From contig CM022668.1 of assembly GCA_012295275.1 (NCBI GenBank), positions 8,184,001 to 8,248,000 of the forward strand: 64,000 nt of DNA, given 5' to 3'. Source of the DNA: Chrysomallon squamiferum. Its lineage: Eukaryota; Animalia; Mollusca. The translations under genes and the position numbers were made by a program. Shown in pieces: positions 12,933 to 26,003 of the stretch; within the stretch, counting starts at the first letter, position 1; the number at the start of each line of letters is the position of its first letter. The notes beneath the pieces are model-generated. The model saw nothing but the letters and a program-made list of their open reading frames with translations. It made no database searches and was not told where the DNA came from.

Positions 12933-14848
12933 TATTTCTTTTTCTATATATAAAATTAATTAATATTAATATTTGTTTTTGTATATAAAAAAACCTTTTA
13001 GCTGAGAAAATTTAATCTAATCAAAATGTCATATGCAATCTGGAGAAGCATGAAAGAACATTAACATTTTTGTAGTTAGAGTCTGATGAATCTGACCCAG
13101 TTCTTCCTGACAGAACATTAACACACTGGGAATATTATGTAGACTTGTAGATTTACAGGAATATCTTAGGGAGATTTACGCCTCACATTTATTTCATGTA
13201 GGTCTGATACAAAATAACAAGTATTCATGAAGTAAGGCAATAACCAACTGTGCCAAATTCTTTCAGTGTGTCTAACAAATCAAGTTTTCTTTGCTAATAA
13301 GGATAATAAAACCAAAAATAATCAAAATGATGGGTGGATGTCCCAAGCAGCAACATTTTAGTTAGAAATTAGCTATTTTGTTTATGAATACAAATGTAAG
13401 AGTTCAAAAATAAATTGTAGATCAACCTCTTAAGTGATAACATACTAATAAAATTTACTCATTTGTTAACTGATCCAAAATCAATAAAAACTAAAACAAA
13501 AATATATTTATTAATATTATTTATTTATTTATTTATTCATTATTATTATTGTTTTTTGGATAAATCCAAAACCAAACTATAGCTGAAATTCTCAAAACTG
13601 TGAAAGATGTCAGATTTTTGTAAAATGTTTCCTAAAACTATTTAATAACAACTAAAAATAAAAAAAATGTACTAAATAAATAATAATACAATGACAATAA
13701 ATAAATAAATAATAATAATGATGATGATGATAAACAAAAACCTTATTTATTTTTTCTAGGACTGAAAACCTCTGTACAAATATCATTTTGACAAAGAACA
13801 CACTTCGAGGCATGAGAGCACAGAAGACTTTGATATTTCTTTGAAGCAATAAATCTTGTATCAGATAGGTAGGCTAAGTATGATGAACCTGCTGCACATT
13901 TTGGTTAGTAAGAAAACAGAACTCAAGTTAACGATAATAGAAATAAGTCAAGGATATGGGCCACTTCAAAAATAGAGTCTCAGTATCTGTTAAACTTGAG
14001 TTTGATTGTGGTATGCTCTTCAGTTATTCTTACTTTTCTTTGTTTTTTAAAATTATTTTTGAGTTTATCTATTTAAAAGCACAATAAAAATAAGTCTTCA
14101 TAAACTGTGACTACTTTGATTTGGTGTGGTGGGTTGTTCCCAAACTATTTTTATTTATCACCTATCAAAAGGTACAATAAAATAAATCTACGTAAGCTAT
14201 GAATACTTTGATTTTTGAAGGCACTTTTAAAATTATTTTTCTTTATATATCAGATGATAAACAACTGCCAAAAGAATAATAACATAACTGATCAGTATAT
14301 TCCTGTGATTTTTATTTAAAAACCCTCCATTATATTTTATTACTATTATTATTGTTGTTGTTGTTTTGTTATTATTATTGTTATTATTATTACTATTATT
14401 ATTATTATTCTACTGTCAAAGGAGATAAAATATTTATTTTTATGAATAGTTCTTAAAAGTTTTATAACTGAATTTTTATTTTTTATTTATTTTTAAAAAA
14501 TATTTTAAATAATGTTTTTGCACTGATGCAACAAGGACTCAAGTACTTGGTTTAATCTTGCTTATGACCATAAGCTGTCCAAATTACTTACTTTTCAAAG
14601 ATAAGAGAGAAATGTTAAAAAAATAAATAAATAAAAAAATGTTTCAAAATCTGTGTCAGTGGATAAGCTAATCAATTACTGTTATTTTTGGCATGTCAAG
14701 AAGATATCAGAGATATTTTTTCGGATGCCACATTTTCCTGTCCTGTTGTTTCTGGCAATACTTTTCTTTTCTGCTTTTACTCAACACCTACTGATAACGA
14801 GTTTCAAATTTACTTTTGGAAATTTAACATCTGGTTTAGTCAAGGAAT

Positions 14849-14962
14849 TAGAAAGAAAAAGAGAGAAAGATAAAGAGACAGAGAGAGGGGGAAGGGAGAG
14901 AGGGGAGGGGAGAGAGGAGGAGAGAGGGAGGGAGAGGGGGAGAGAGAGAGAGAGAGAGAGAG
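14849..14962. repeat. Polypurine G/A tract with several GGG+ runs, ending in (GA)n
   Basis: About 110 nt almost entirely A/G on the + strand. Confidence 0.9.
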
Positions 14963-15599
14963 TAACTTACATAAATCATAGTAAATATCCTGATGTACAA
15001 GGTCATTATAAGTAAATTTAGGTTCTGGACCAATTTTACTCATACTTACATAACATTTAATGTTTATTTTTTAAAATTAGAAATAATAATAATAATAATA
15101 ATAAAAAACCCCAAAATAACAAAACAACAATAAGCAAACTTTAGTTAGTATAGATATAAGATATATAATTTTTCTGCAGTTCAGCATGATAATTTATCAG
15201 CAATAGGTCAAACACAATTTATTTGTAGAGTAAATATGGTATATTTATCATTCCATATATTTATACAAATACACATTACTTTTTCTCTGAATAAAATTTC
15301 ATCAGATTGATCACTGATATAATATAATGGAGTAAAACATAAATAAATGTATGTATGGAGTGAAGTAATAAACATATGCATGGGGGAAAAAAAAAAAATA
15401 ATAAAAAAAAAAATAAAAAAATAAAAATTAAATAAATAAATAAAAAACAAAACTAAAAAACATTAACTTAAACATCTCATATTTCAAAAAATACAGTTTT
15501 AAACTTTCTAAAATGCATATGACTGAATACACAGATTTTACCATTATTGGTCAGAATTTCAAATTAATATCTCTAATACTTTTTACATAAGGCCAAAAT

Positions 15600-17260
15600 C
15601 AAAACTTGTTACTAAACAATAAATAAATACCAACAACATAAACAACTGCTTACATATTTGATAAGAAGTACTTATATTAATCAGTGATATTAATCTATAA
15701 ACACTTCTTTCATAATCAAACAAATCTATTCAATATATGGGCTTTATGTTCATATCTACAAACAGTTCTATTTATTAAAAATAAATAAAACAAATCAGAG
15801 CTTTCATATTTCATTAAAATCATCTGAATTACACCACCATAATGATCTACAAATAATCCAGCATACTAGTGTAAGCCACACATACAGTATATATTTTTTT
15901 CTAATGTATAGTCAGTTATTTTTGTAAAAATAAACCCCCAAAAGAAACAACTGCTTACACATCTGAGTAGAATTACTTATTAACCTAATCTATGACAGCA
16001 ATCTGTAAATAATTATTTCATAACAGCAAAAATCTGAGTGCAGTGTACAGGTTTTTAAATTCATACCTATATAGACATAAGTTTACATTTAAAATAACAT
16101 AAAATAAATTTATAGGAGAAACAAAAGAGAACTTATTTGATGAAAATCAGCTAAATTAATCCACTATAATGAATAATCATACATTAATTACAGTATAAAT
16201 CAGTAGTAATATCATATCTATAAACAGATTTATTTGCGTGTCTGTTAGTTAAAGGAACAGAAAACAAGCTGATATATTTGATAAAACATCTTCAAGAAAT
16301 AATGGTCATTAATAAAACAGAACACAGCATTTTTCAAATACCTACAAACCTATTTTATTATTTAATTTCTTAAACAGGAAAACTCATCAACTAAACAACA
16401 ACAACAAAACCCCATTTCACATATTTGATAAGAATCACCTAAAACCTTCCAACATAGTACACAAGATTTATAACAGTAAAACCTGCCTATTCAAACCTTA
16501 CTACTCCTCTATTTTATCTGTTTGGTTTGACAACCTAAAAAAACAACCAACATAAATATATTGGGTTGGTACAGAAGTTCATAGTATTAATTCACGTGAA
16601 CTTTTAAGACAACATTTAGATGTTTGTACATAGATTTATTCAACAAAATAATTATGTGCCATTTTGTTCCACTACCTTTTTCCATTTCTGAATCAGCTTC
16701 ATGATTCCATCCTCCAGAACTTGGCATCTTTCTGTGTGATGAACACCACAGTTATTTCCAACCCAATAAATATTCGATTGAAAATAAGTAAATTAATCCA
16801 CTACACTAATCTTTAAAAGTAATTTCTATATCATAGGACAACCTATATAAAGAAAAAACATTCTATTCATACTCTTGTATTTATCCCTTTTCTTAAAATA
16901 AAAAACAAAACAAAACAAACAGCTACACATGTAATCGCATTGGAATCATGCAGATTAATCTATAACAGTAGTCTGTAAGTAATTCTACATACTGGGACAA
17001 TTTATTTCTCATTGTAAATTAATCCACTGTGGTGAGCCATAAATAATTTCTACTGGAACTGTTTGTATCAAGAATACAATCTTTCTTTTCACACCAATTT
17101 TAAGTATTAACCTTTTTTTAACAACTTACTAAAACAAGCAACAACTTACATATTCAACTGGAATCGTGCAAATTATTCCATCACAATAATTTATAAATAA
17201 TTCTACAAACCGGGACAGTTTACATCCAGTTACATAAAGAGTGCAGTGTACTGTCTTTAT
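15600..17260. repeat. Decayed long-period (~150-300 bp) tandem array
   Basis: Recurrent AAACAACTGCTTACA(T/C)AT.TGA...AATCT(A/G)TAAA blocks at 15641 and 15945, and weaker copies downstream. Confidence 0.55.
16676..16702 (-). CDS. Candidate alternative first coding exon (MKLIQKWKK)
   Basis: ATC-ATG start, AAG|GTAGTG donor in phase 0; complex sequence island inside a decayed repeat region. Confidence 0.35.
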
Positions 17261-17319
17261 AGTGACATCTATAATTTATTTACATACTGATGTTTTTTAT
17301 CTTTTCAAAAACAAAATAA

Positions 17320-17800
17320 AATTTTCTTTCTACTATCGGCTATGGTAAAACGGAAATTCGACACTAGGTAATTATGCAGTTGTGGCAACATATTGCATCT
17401 CAAATCAACCGTCAAGCTTTGTGACACATTTCACCAATACTAATGTAGACATATGAATCACTCTGCATGACAACCAGAATTTTACAACTATTATTATTAC
17501 AATCATTACAATTTTTTATTACTGTATTCATTTTATGTAAAATATATTACAATATGTTTGTTAGTAAACTAGAACTGACCTTTATACAGGGTAAATAAAA
17601 TTCTTGTGGATTCCGAGCGCCATAACAACGAGTAAACGAGAAGGCAGTGAGTTGTGCCTGGACAGATCAATACCCACGGACTGTGAAGATAAAAGCTGAT
17701 CAGATGGGAGAATGGCACGAACCAATGATTGATGACAGTGTATTGGGAAACCGTCAACTTTCTCAATCTCTTAGTGATGTCACAGCGGAACCACAACCAC
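17320..17800. promoter_or_regulatory. CpG-retaining island with CCAAT/ATTGG boxes, candidate intronic promoter or enhancer
   Basis: Cluster of CpGs (e.g. TCCGAGCGC, AACGAG twice, CACGG, CACGAACCAAT, ACCGTC, AGCGG) in CpG-depleted DNA. Confidence 0.35.
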
Positions 17801-20284
17801 AACAATGTCATCAGCTGCAATGATGTAGACATCCACACCTCAGTGGACTGTCTATAAGCAACTGATTGTCTGTAACTCAAACAACAGGTTTTGTATGTCC
17901 ACAGCACTGTCTATTAAATGATATATATAACTATTATTATTATTACCATTATTGTTGTTATGATGAACCATGAAACCTTTTTAAACTTGTATCCATAACA
18001 ATCAGTTATAATGAGTATCCTGTCTTTAATTATGTAATGACATATCAAGATTATTATTATTATCGGGAACACTATCCAAAAAGAAGCACTTCAACTGTAA
18101 GAAAAGAACTTCAACCAAACAAAAAAATTTATAACAAGAGTTTCATTACTCGTAATTGACTTTAATGATGTATTTTACTTATTATTATTTCTGAACTACT
18201 GATATTACTAGCTGTAAGAACAAAGCACGAAACAAATGCTTCCAATATCAGAAAATAATTTCAGCTTTACAATCCAACCTTCTGATCCACTGTATATATT
18301 ATTATGATGCAGTCAGTTTCTCAAACATAAAATCATTGATAGTGATGCCACAAAAGAATGTCATCAAACCTTCATAATGAAACATATGACAATAACATAT
18401 TCCTATATGGTGTTCCAAAGATCATATGATCAGCAGGGATGGATTCCTAGTAATAAGGAACTTATGACAGATCCCACAGAAAAGTGTCAACCACTAAAAT
18501 ACAATCAACCAGTAAGCTCCACTGAAATGATTGTCTGTGATGATGCAACCTTCAAGGACACCACCATCAATTACAATATTCCTCAAAGGCTACTGCCAAT
18601 TCTCCAAATGAAACTATAAAAACACAACCAACTGTCCAATTCAAATCATTTGGTTATCTGTAAATATATGACCTTATTACAAGAAAGCCTCAAAATGATA
18701 TTAATGTTAAAACAAAAATTCAGCTATATAAAAACAATTATCCGCAATGCTCCAACTACACCCTCATCTGAATGATATATGCATCTGCATCAATATCATC
18801 CACTACTACAATGCTTCAAAAGATGATTTCAAATAGCGAACAGGAAGTCAAGATTTCTGTAATTTGTTTTATGACTGCCAAGGTCCCAGAATCTCACTTA
18901 GCAAATCTTACTGTGGCTCTTGGACAGAAAGGAAATAAAACCACTGTACCCGTTTATTGTTGCTGTTTATAGAAGGCAATCAATCAATAGAGAGATGATA
19001 AATAAAGCTTTCTCACTTCCTATCAAATGGTCTGCAGGGAATCTTGTAATCTGGGTCAGGTTGACTTATTCACATTTAATCAAGGAAAATCTGAATATCC
19101 ATCAAAACACTAAGTGTAGATATGAAACATACACAGATGCACACATGTATATATGTGCATACACTTAGAATCCAAATGCACAAATGTATATAACTTTGAA
19201 TATATCAGCTATGTCTGTCACTTGGTGTTCTGAACAGTACAAGTTAAAAATTAATTTCTGTACTTAATTGATAACAGCCAGAGCACTTTAATAAGCTGAT
19301 AATATATTTATGTAAAGATCAATACAACTGAACAGAAACATTGTAATTATCAATGGGCCATAGACCTTTGATTCTTAAACCATGAACCACTATTTCAACA
19401 CATAAATAATTAATAGGAATTGAAATATTCAGGAAATTGTCAATTTACAAAACTGAATATACTTACTGCTTGAAATCAGAAATGATAAAGTTCACAGGCT
19501 GAAATAAGAAATGATAAAACTCACTTGAATTTAAAATACATAGTGGTTACATCTAATATAAGAGATCACTGGCTGAACCAAAATAAATGTTGGGTGATTT
19601 GAACTGAAAAACATTTGCTTACATACAATGATAAAAATGTCCTCTTGATGGAACGAAAAATTATTTGTGGAATTAAAAACTATTTTTGCCCACTGGCTGA
19701 ATTCATTAGCTTCAGCTGAAATATTAATCTGTGCTACAGATTTTAGATACTGTCTAAAGCATCATTCAATCTGTATGTGATAAAAACACTTCCAAAATTA
19801 TACAAGCTATTTCAAACATCTGATTATATGATGGTAACATAAACAGTGTATGTTCTATTTAAGCTGAAGAAGCATAATTTAATATTTATATTCATTTAAA
19901 TATATATATTTTGCTAACTGTATACTGACATACATACACATCTACATATCTGTAAAGAAACACACACACACACACACTATTTGAAGTAATACAGCAATTT
20001 CTGACAATCTGTGTTTCTTAAAAAATGTTGGCCTTTCTTCTCTTAACTTACATATTAAAATCACATATTAATTTTTGTCTGATACTAATAATATTTATAT
20101 ATATATATATATATGTTTGTGTATCTATATGTAATATCCAAATAATGATGTGATCTAGTTAAAATAGTAGTAACCTAATTTCTCATTACTCTATGCAACG
20201 TAACAGCTGGTGACCATATATCTCTAAACTTATAATAAACAATGTCAGGTGACTGTCACAAGCAGGTGATATCAGGTGAATAGA

Positions 20285-20422
<138 letters not shown>

Positions 20423-21389
20423 TGTGAGAGTATTTTTTACCATTTTTTTTTAAATGTCAAACACACAGACCATAACAAAATATTTACAATAGAAGGGCCT
20501 CAGGTTTGTAAATTGTTTTTAAATAGATCATTTACTAACTTGGGCACTTTTCTGTACATCTAAAATATACCCTATAATTCACTGAAGTTATTTCAGATAA
20601 AAGTATAATTAACAAATTATGTTATCTAATACAAAATGAAAAAAAAAACTAGGCTTGATCTAGCAAGAAGCCTTGATACTGTCTCTTTTTAATATATTTT
20701 AAATTTTTTCTCATAGCAGTATTGATCATTTAAAATAAACAAATCAAACACAACTTTTTCAATTGTAACATATAACTGCTGACTGGATTTCGAACAATTT
20801 TTTTTATAAATCAGATATCAAGTAGCTTTTTTGAATAAAAATTATGGGAGTTATCTTTCCAAAAAACAGTGTAATTACAAAAAGTGGAATCCTGTGAAAA
20901 AAGTGTTCACAGATGCAGCAAGTAAAGAAGTTAAAAACACAGAAGTAAGTGATTAAGTTACCTGTCCTGAACTGTAACTACGTATGATCAAAGTTAAAAC
21001 CTCAGTGATTTACACAGAATGTTTTCAAAGTTAACTTTACTGCTTCTGTGAGAACCTTTAAAACATTGATTTCCTGCAAATATGCTTGAAAACTAGCCAT
21101 GTGAATAGAACTTTTATAATTACATGTATAAATGAAGCTTCTACAACTACTACCCATCTAAACAAATTGTTAAAAAGTATCCCTATAAATAAATACTTTT
21201 AAAACTTTTAAAACTACCCATACAAGTGAAACATTAAGAAACATGATCTCAAAATAAATGCAATAAATAAAATATCAAATTACTCAGTATGTAGTAATGA
21301 GACTAATAAAACAGCATAAGTTCCAGAAGTAGTTAATTTATGAACTTTACCAAACAAGTAATTAGTTTTAAAATTTACAACAAAAATAA

Positions 21390-21770
21390 TAAGATTACTC
21401 ACATAGTTAGTTATGAAGTTTAACTGATACAAGTTATTCAAATGGTTAGTTATGAAGTTTAACAAATACTAATTACTCAAGTAGTTATGAAGGTTAACAA
21501 ATACAAGTTACTCAAGTGGTTAGTTATGAAGTTTAACAAGCATAAGTTTCTCTAGTAGTTACTTATGAAGTTTAACAAACACAAGTTACTCAAGTGGTTA
21601 GTTATGAAGTTTAATAAATGCAAGTTACTCAAGTGGTTAGTTATGAAGTTTAACAAATGCAAGTTACTCAAGTGGTTAGTTATGAAGTTTAATAAATGCA
21701 AGGTACTCAAGTGGTTAGTTATGAAGTTTGCTAAACACAACTTACTCAAAAAGTTAACTATGAAATGTAG
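21390..21770. repeat. 39-bp minisatellite, about 9-10 copies
   Basis: Unit CAAGTTACTCAAGTGGTTAGTTATGAAGTTTAACAAATG; central copies near-identical, flanking copies decayed. Confidence 0.93.
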
Positions 21771-23029
21771 CAAACAAATTTATTCAAGTGAAATTTACAA
21801 ATCCATCCATATCAATTATGACATTTATAAGCAACCACAAATTACATAATAGCTAATTATGACTTTTACAAAACAAACCAAATTACTCAAGTTATGTTTA
21901 CAAAAGTAATTAGTTGTGAAGTTTACAAAACTACTCAAGTTACCCAATTACTTTCAAGTTTTTGTAAAACAAAACAAAACAAATTAAACAGAAAATATGA
22001 GTAGGACACAGCGATAGAAAGACAGAGAAACAGAGGAAGAGACAAAATAAAATAGAACCCATACTGGAAGGGATTTTTTTTAAAGAGAGAGAAAGATAAA
22101 GAAAAAGAGAAAGATACAGACAGCCAGCCTTTGTGTACCTACACTTACATATGAGGTTGACAAACGCAAAGCAACAAGTACAAGGTAATGATATTTTACT
22201 AATGAATGTAAATCTGTCAGCACACACATTTTTTACAGTTTAGCAAAGTCAATATTTGAAACACTGACCACTGAGTAACAGCTACCAGCTATCAACCCAG
22301 TAACAATGACCTTAGCAAACTACTGTTTAAATTAGACAAGAGCATTTAACAACATCTTGCAACAGTTTTAATGGTTAATTTACTTTGTCTTTGAAATGGA
22401 ACCAAAATAGTTTGCATTTAAATTAAACTGACCTTAGCATTTCTGCACCCAATATATTCAGTTTTCTGAAACCAGATATAAATTATTAAAAACATATGAA
22501 GTAAAATATCTAACTATCAAAGGAACAAAAGTCTTTGAACTGTCCCAATTTTCTTTTTTTTTTTCTTTAAAAAAGTAAAACAATCTGAAAAAATAAATTA
22601 AAATAATCTGAAAAAAGAAGAAGAGAAGAAAATTGAAAAGAAAAAGTGGAAATGGAAAAAAAAAAATCTGCATTAATTTCTTTCATAATTTCTTCTTTTT
22701 TTCTTTCTTTTTTTTAATTTCGGAAAAAAAAGAAGGAAAATATAATACCAATAAAACAAAATATCCAAAATATGGTGTCAGTTTTAGCAAAATAATGGAG
22801 AGGGGGATTTTGTTTTTTCATTTCTATCTCTTTAGTGTAACTAGTTACATGCCAGACATCTGCTGAAAAGCAGTTTATAACTATTTACAACAGGAAACTT
22901 TCTTCCAGCAAATCAAAGCTGTCAGTATAAATGAGAAGCAGCAGCAGCAACAGTGGCCACGTTGCAATTCTGTGCACTCTTTGGCTGCAAAGATCCTAAA
23001 CCTAATATTGATATTTAACCTCCGTATCA

Positions 23030-23290
23030 AATAAAATAATTACAAATAAAAAAAATAAAAAAAAATAAAAAATAAAAATAATAATAATAAAATATTAAAA
23101 AAAATAATAATAAATATTAAAAAAAAAAAAAAATAATAATAATAATAATAGTAACAGTAGTAGTAGTAGTAGTAGTAATAATAATAATAAAAATAATAAT
23201 AATAATAATAACAGTAGTAGTAGTAGAAGTAGTAATAATAATATTAAAAATAATAACAACAATAATAAAACAATTAATAAAAACAAAAAA
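23030..23290. repeat. A-rich (AAT)n/(TAG)n low-complexity tract
   Basis: Direct reading. Confidence 0.9.
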
Positions 23291-23809
23291 TAATACCCAC
23301 CCCTAAAAACCCCAAAACATAAGGAAAAATTAAAATTAAAAAATTATAAAAATCAAAAGAAATTCCGGAAAAATGAAAGCATTATGGGTAAATGGTAAAA
23401 CTTATTTGGAAATATAATCATGAAATAAATTTGAAATTAACTTTCTACCAGTGTCAGAAGAAATTTCTTTGCCAAGATCACACTAACCTATGGGTTGTGT
23501 ACTGTACATAATATATTTATTTATTCACATTTCACATCAGATTGTATATCACTGACTGGAAGTTATTTCAGTGATCATGGGCCTACTTAACATTCTACTT
23601 TAATAAATTATGTGTATATATTGTTCAAAATTACTTCTTTATTGTTTAATTGCTGATTCAGATCTTAAAAGACAGTACTGAAAAGAGTTTTCATTAAGCA
23701 AACAAACAAATAAATAGTTATTATTTAATAATTTTGCTTTGATGTGTAGTTTTTGTAGGTGCTAACAAAATCAATATACATAAATATGTTACTCTTAAGA
23801 ATGGACAAC

Positions 23810-23866
23810 CAACAGCCAATCTGTTTTTCATGCTGGAATGTCATTAAACATTCACTCATTCATTCT
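23810..23866 (+). mobile_element. Possible SINE 3' end with (ATTC)n-like tail
   Basis: TTTT..TGCT....TGTCATTAAACA followed by a short tetranucleotide tail; the same motif recurs at about 49968-50001. Confidence 0.3.
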
Positions 23867-24535
23867 CAAGTTTGGTGAGTTAAGAAATAAAATAGTTAAT
23901 TTCATTTAGTTTTTGTATTATGTAGGACTGCAGGACAAAAGTAATAACTGGCTATTTCTTGAGATATCAGCTTCATTTTATTCAGGTTGAATGGCTTGAT
24001 ACAACTCAGCTGAATTAGGTATTCTAACACTGATATCTTAAGACAGTACACACACAACAAAAACAAATAAATAAATTAATAGTAAGTTGGAAGTATGAAT
24101 AAAATATTTACACTATTTTTTTTATTATTATTATTACTTTTTTTATCATCTAAATCTTTAACCTTTCAACCACAGTGCTCAAAGAAGCAACTAATGTGGT
24201 CATACAAATAAAAATAAATTTGTTTCAAATGTTATGCATGAATGTATATTTATATAAATGTATATGAGGAAATGTCTTAATTATAACTTCAGTTTCAAAT
24301 GATAACTGTTAAAAATGTTCATATTCTAATCAGTATGAGAATCTTTCCTATTACAATTTGCACTAAGTGCAATACTGGAATTGGAAAAAACACCTCAATT
24401 CTTTAACACCAGTTAAATTATGGTAAGACTCAAAAATAAATAAAACATTTACAGCCCGGAAAACATTATCAGTTTCTTGTTTACTCATAGCCATCCCATT
24501 TTACTGATACATTTTCATTCACAAACATGACCAGT

Positions 24536-24659
24536 CTACTGGGGAATACAATTATTTCTTCTTCTTCTTCTCAAACTTTTATTTCTCTGTGAACTGTTCT
24601 TGTCTTCAATTATACCAATTATGAACTGAGACTCTGGACTCTTTTTCATTGAGCTGGAA
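24536..24659 (-). other. Candidate alternative terminal exon (phase 0: FQLNEKESRVSVHNWYN*; phase 2: SSSMKKSPESQFIIGIIEDKNSSQRNKSLRRRRRNNCIPQ*)
   Basis: Strong acceptor TTATTGCTTTGTTTTTCTCAG followed by purine-rich, exon-like sequence. Confidence 0.35.
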
Positions 24660-24869
24660 CTGAGAAAAACAAAGCAATAACCTTGAGAAGATCATCTTAA
24701 TAGGAAGTGTGATAGTCAGGCAGATGTTGGCCAAGATGTTCTGTCAAGTAATTGTTGTTATCGGCTAGTTATCAAATCAATGGTTACAATTAACTGGCTA
24801 TGCTACTTCATGTAAACAGAAGATCCCCTCTCGGCTTGCACTTAACCTCTGACCCTGACTTAATTAACT

Positions 24870-25400
24870 TGAGGAATGTTTAATCAGTAATTTGGTGAAA
24901 GCAAAATTGTCTGTTTCTTAACTTCTGACATATACTTAATTAATTCAAGAAATATTTAATGAGCGATTCTTTGAATGCAAAATTGTCTGTTTCTTCACCT
25001 TTGATCTACACTTAATAATCTTAAATAATTAACTGGTGATTCTGTAAATGTGGAATGTTCTATTTCTTAACATTTGATCAACAATTAATACAGTTAAATG
25101 TTTAATTAGTGATTCTGTGAATGCAAAATTGTCTATTTCTTAAATGTTGATCTACACTTACTAAATCTGAGAAATGTGAAATTATTGATCCTGTAAAAAG
25201 GAAACATATTATTTCATAAACTTTGATCTAGATTTAATGTCATGAAATGTTCCATGAGTAATTCTATTTCTTTAAATTTGATCTGTACTTAATGAATTTA
25301 AATGTTTAATTAGTGATTCTGTGAATGCAAAACTGGTTCGTTACCTTTGACCTAAGCTAAATAATTCAGGAAATGTTTCTGTAAATGTAAAAATGTGTAT
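24870..25400. repeat. Decayed ~75-bp tandem array
   Basis: Recurrent GTGATTCTGTGAATGCAAAATTGTCT.TTTCTTAA..TTGATCTACACTTA, about 7 copies. Confidence 0.8.
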
Positions 25401-25946
25401 TCTTGTGTAGATGGGTGAAAATAATTTTTTCCATAACAGTATAATGGTTGGATTAATTTTAAATTAGTGACTTCTATACATGTTAAAGTGTATTTATCTC
25501 ATACAATCTGGTCAAAAAGTGTATAAATATCAGTGTTTTTTGTTTTTTTTATTGCTAATTAATCTGATTTAATTTAGACAGGGCTGTTTTAAAATGTTGT
25601 TATATAATAACATCTGAAAGTCATTAGATAAATATAAATTAAATGTTGAAAAACTCAACCTAACTGGAATAATATTTAACTTGATTTTTAATGTTTAGTA
25701 TTAAATATTTATTTATTTATTTGGTTGGTTAGTTAGTAATTTTTTTGGTTTATTTCTTATAATGTAATAAATATTACAAGAAATATGCAACCACTTAATT
25801 AAAATAAAGATATTTTTTGTTAACATTTAGACTTGTTGATGTGTGATTTTATATGTCTTGAAAACATAAGGAATATGATATCTTTACAGAAATGTGGGTA
25901 ATAAATTGTTTTATATTCTAGATGGAGTTCTATATGTTTTATATTC

Positions 25947-25948
<2 letters not shown>

Positions 25949-25978
<30 letters not shown>

Positions 25979-26003
25979 TGTATGTATGTATGTATGTATG
26001 TAT
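25949..26003. repeat. (TATG)n microsatellite
   Basis: Perfect tetranucleotide run. Confidence 0.95.

Noticed and set aside
18377-19168. Cluster of short plus-strand ORFs and a minus-strand IVVVDDIDAD Walker-B-like peptide
   Set aside because: Short, disconnected frames with no Walker A, transposase or reverse-transcriptase motifs.
21390-21849. 39-bp repeat as a CRISPR array, or ORFs 21552..21773 and 21565..21849 as repeat proteins
   Set aside because: Units are head-to-tail with no unique spacers, the context is a eukaryotic intron with no cas genes, and the ORFs are by-products of a 3n repeat unit with no splice or promoter support.
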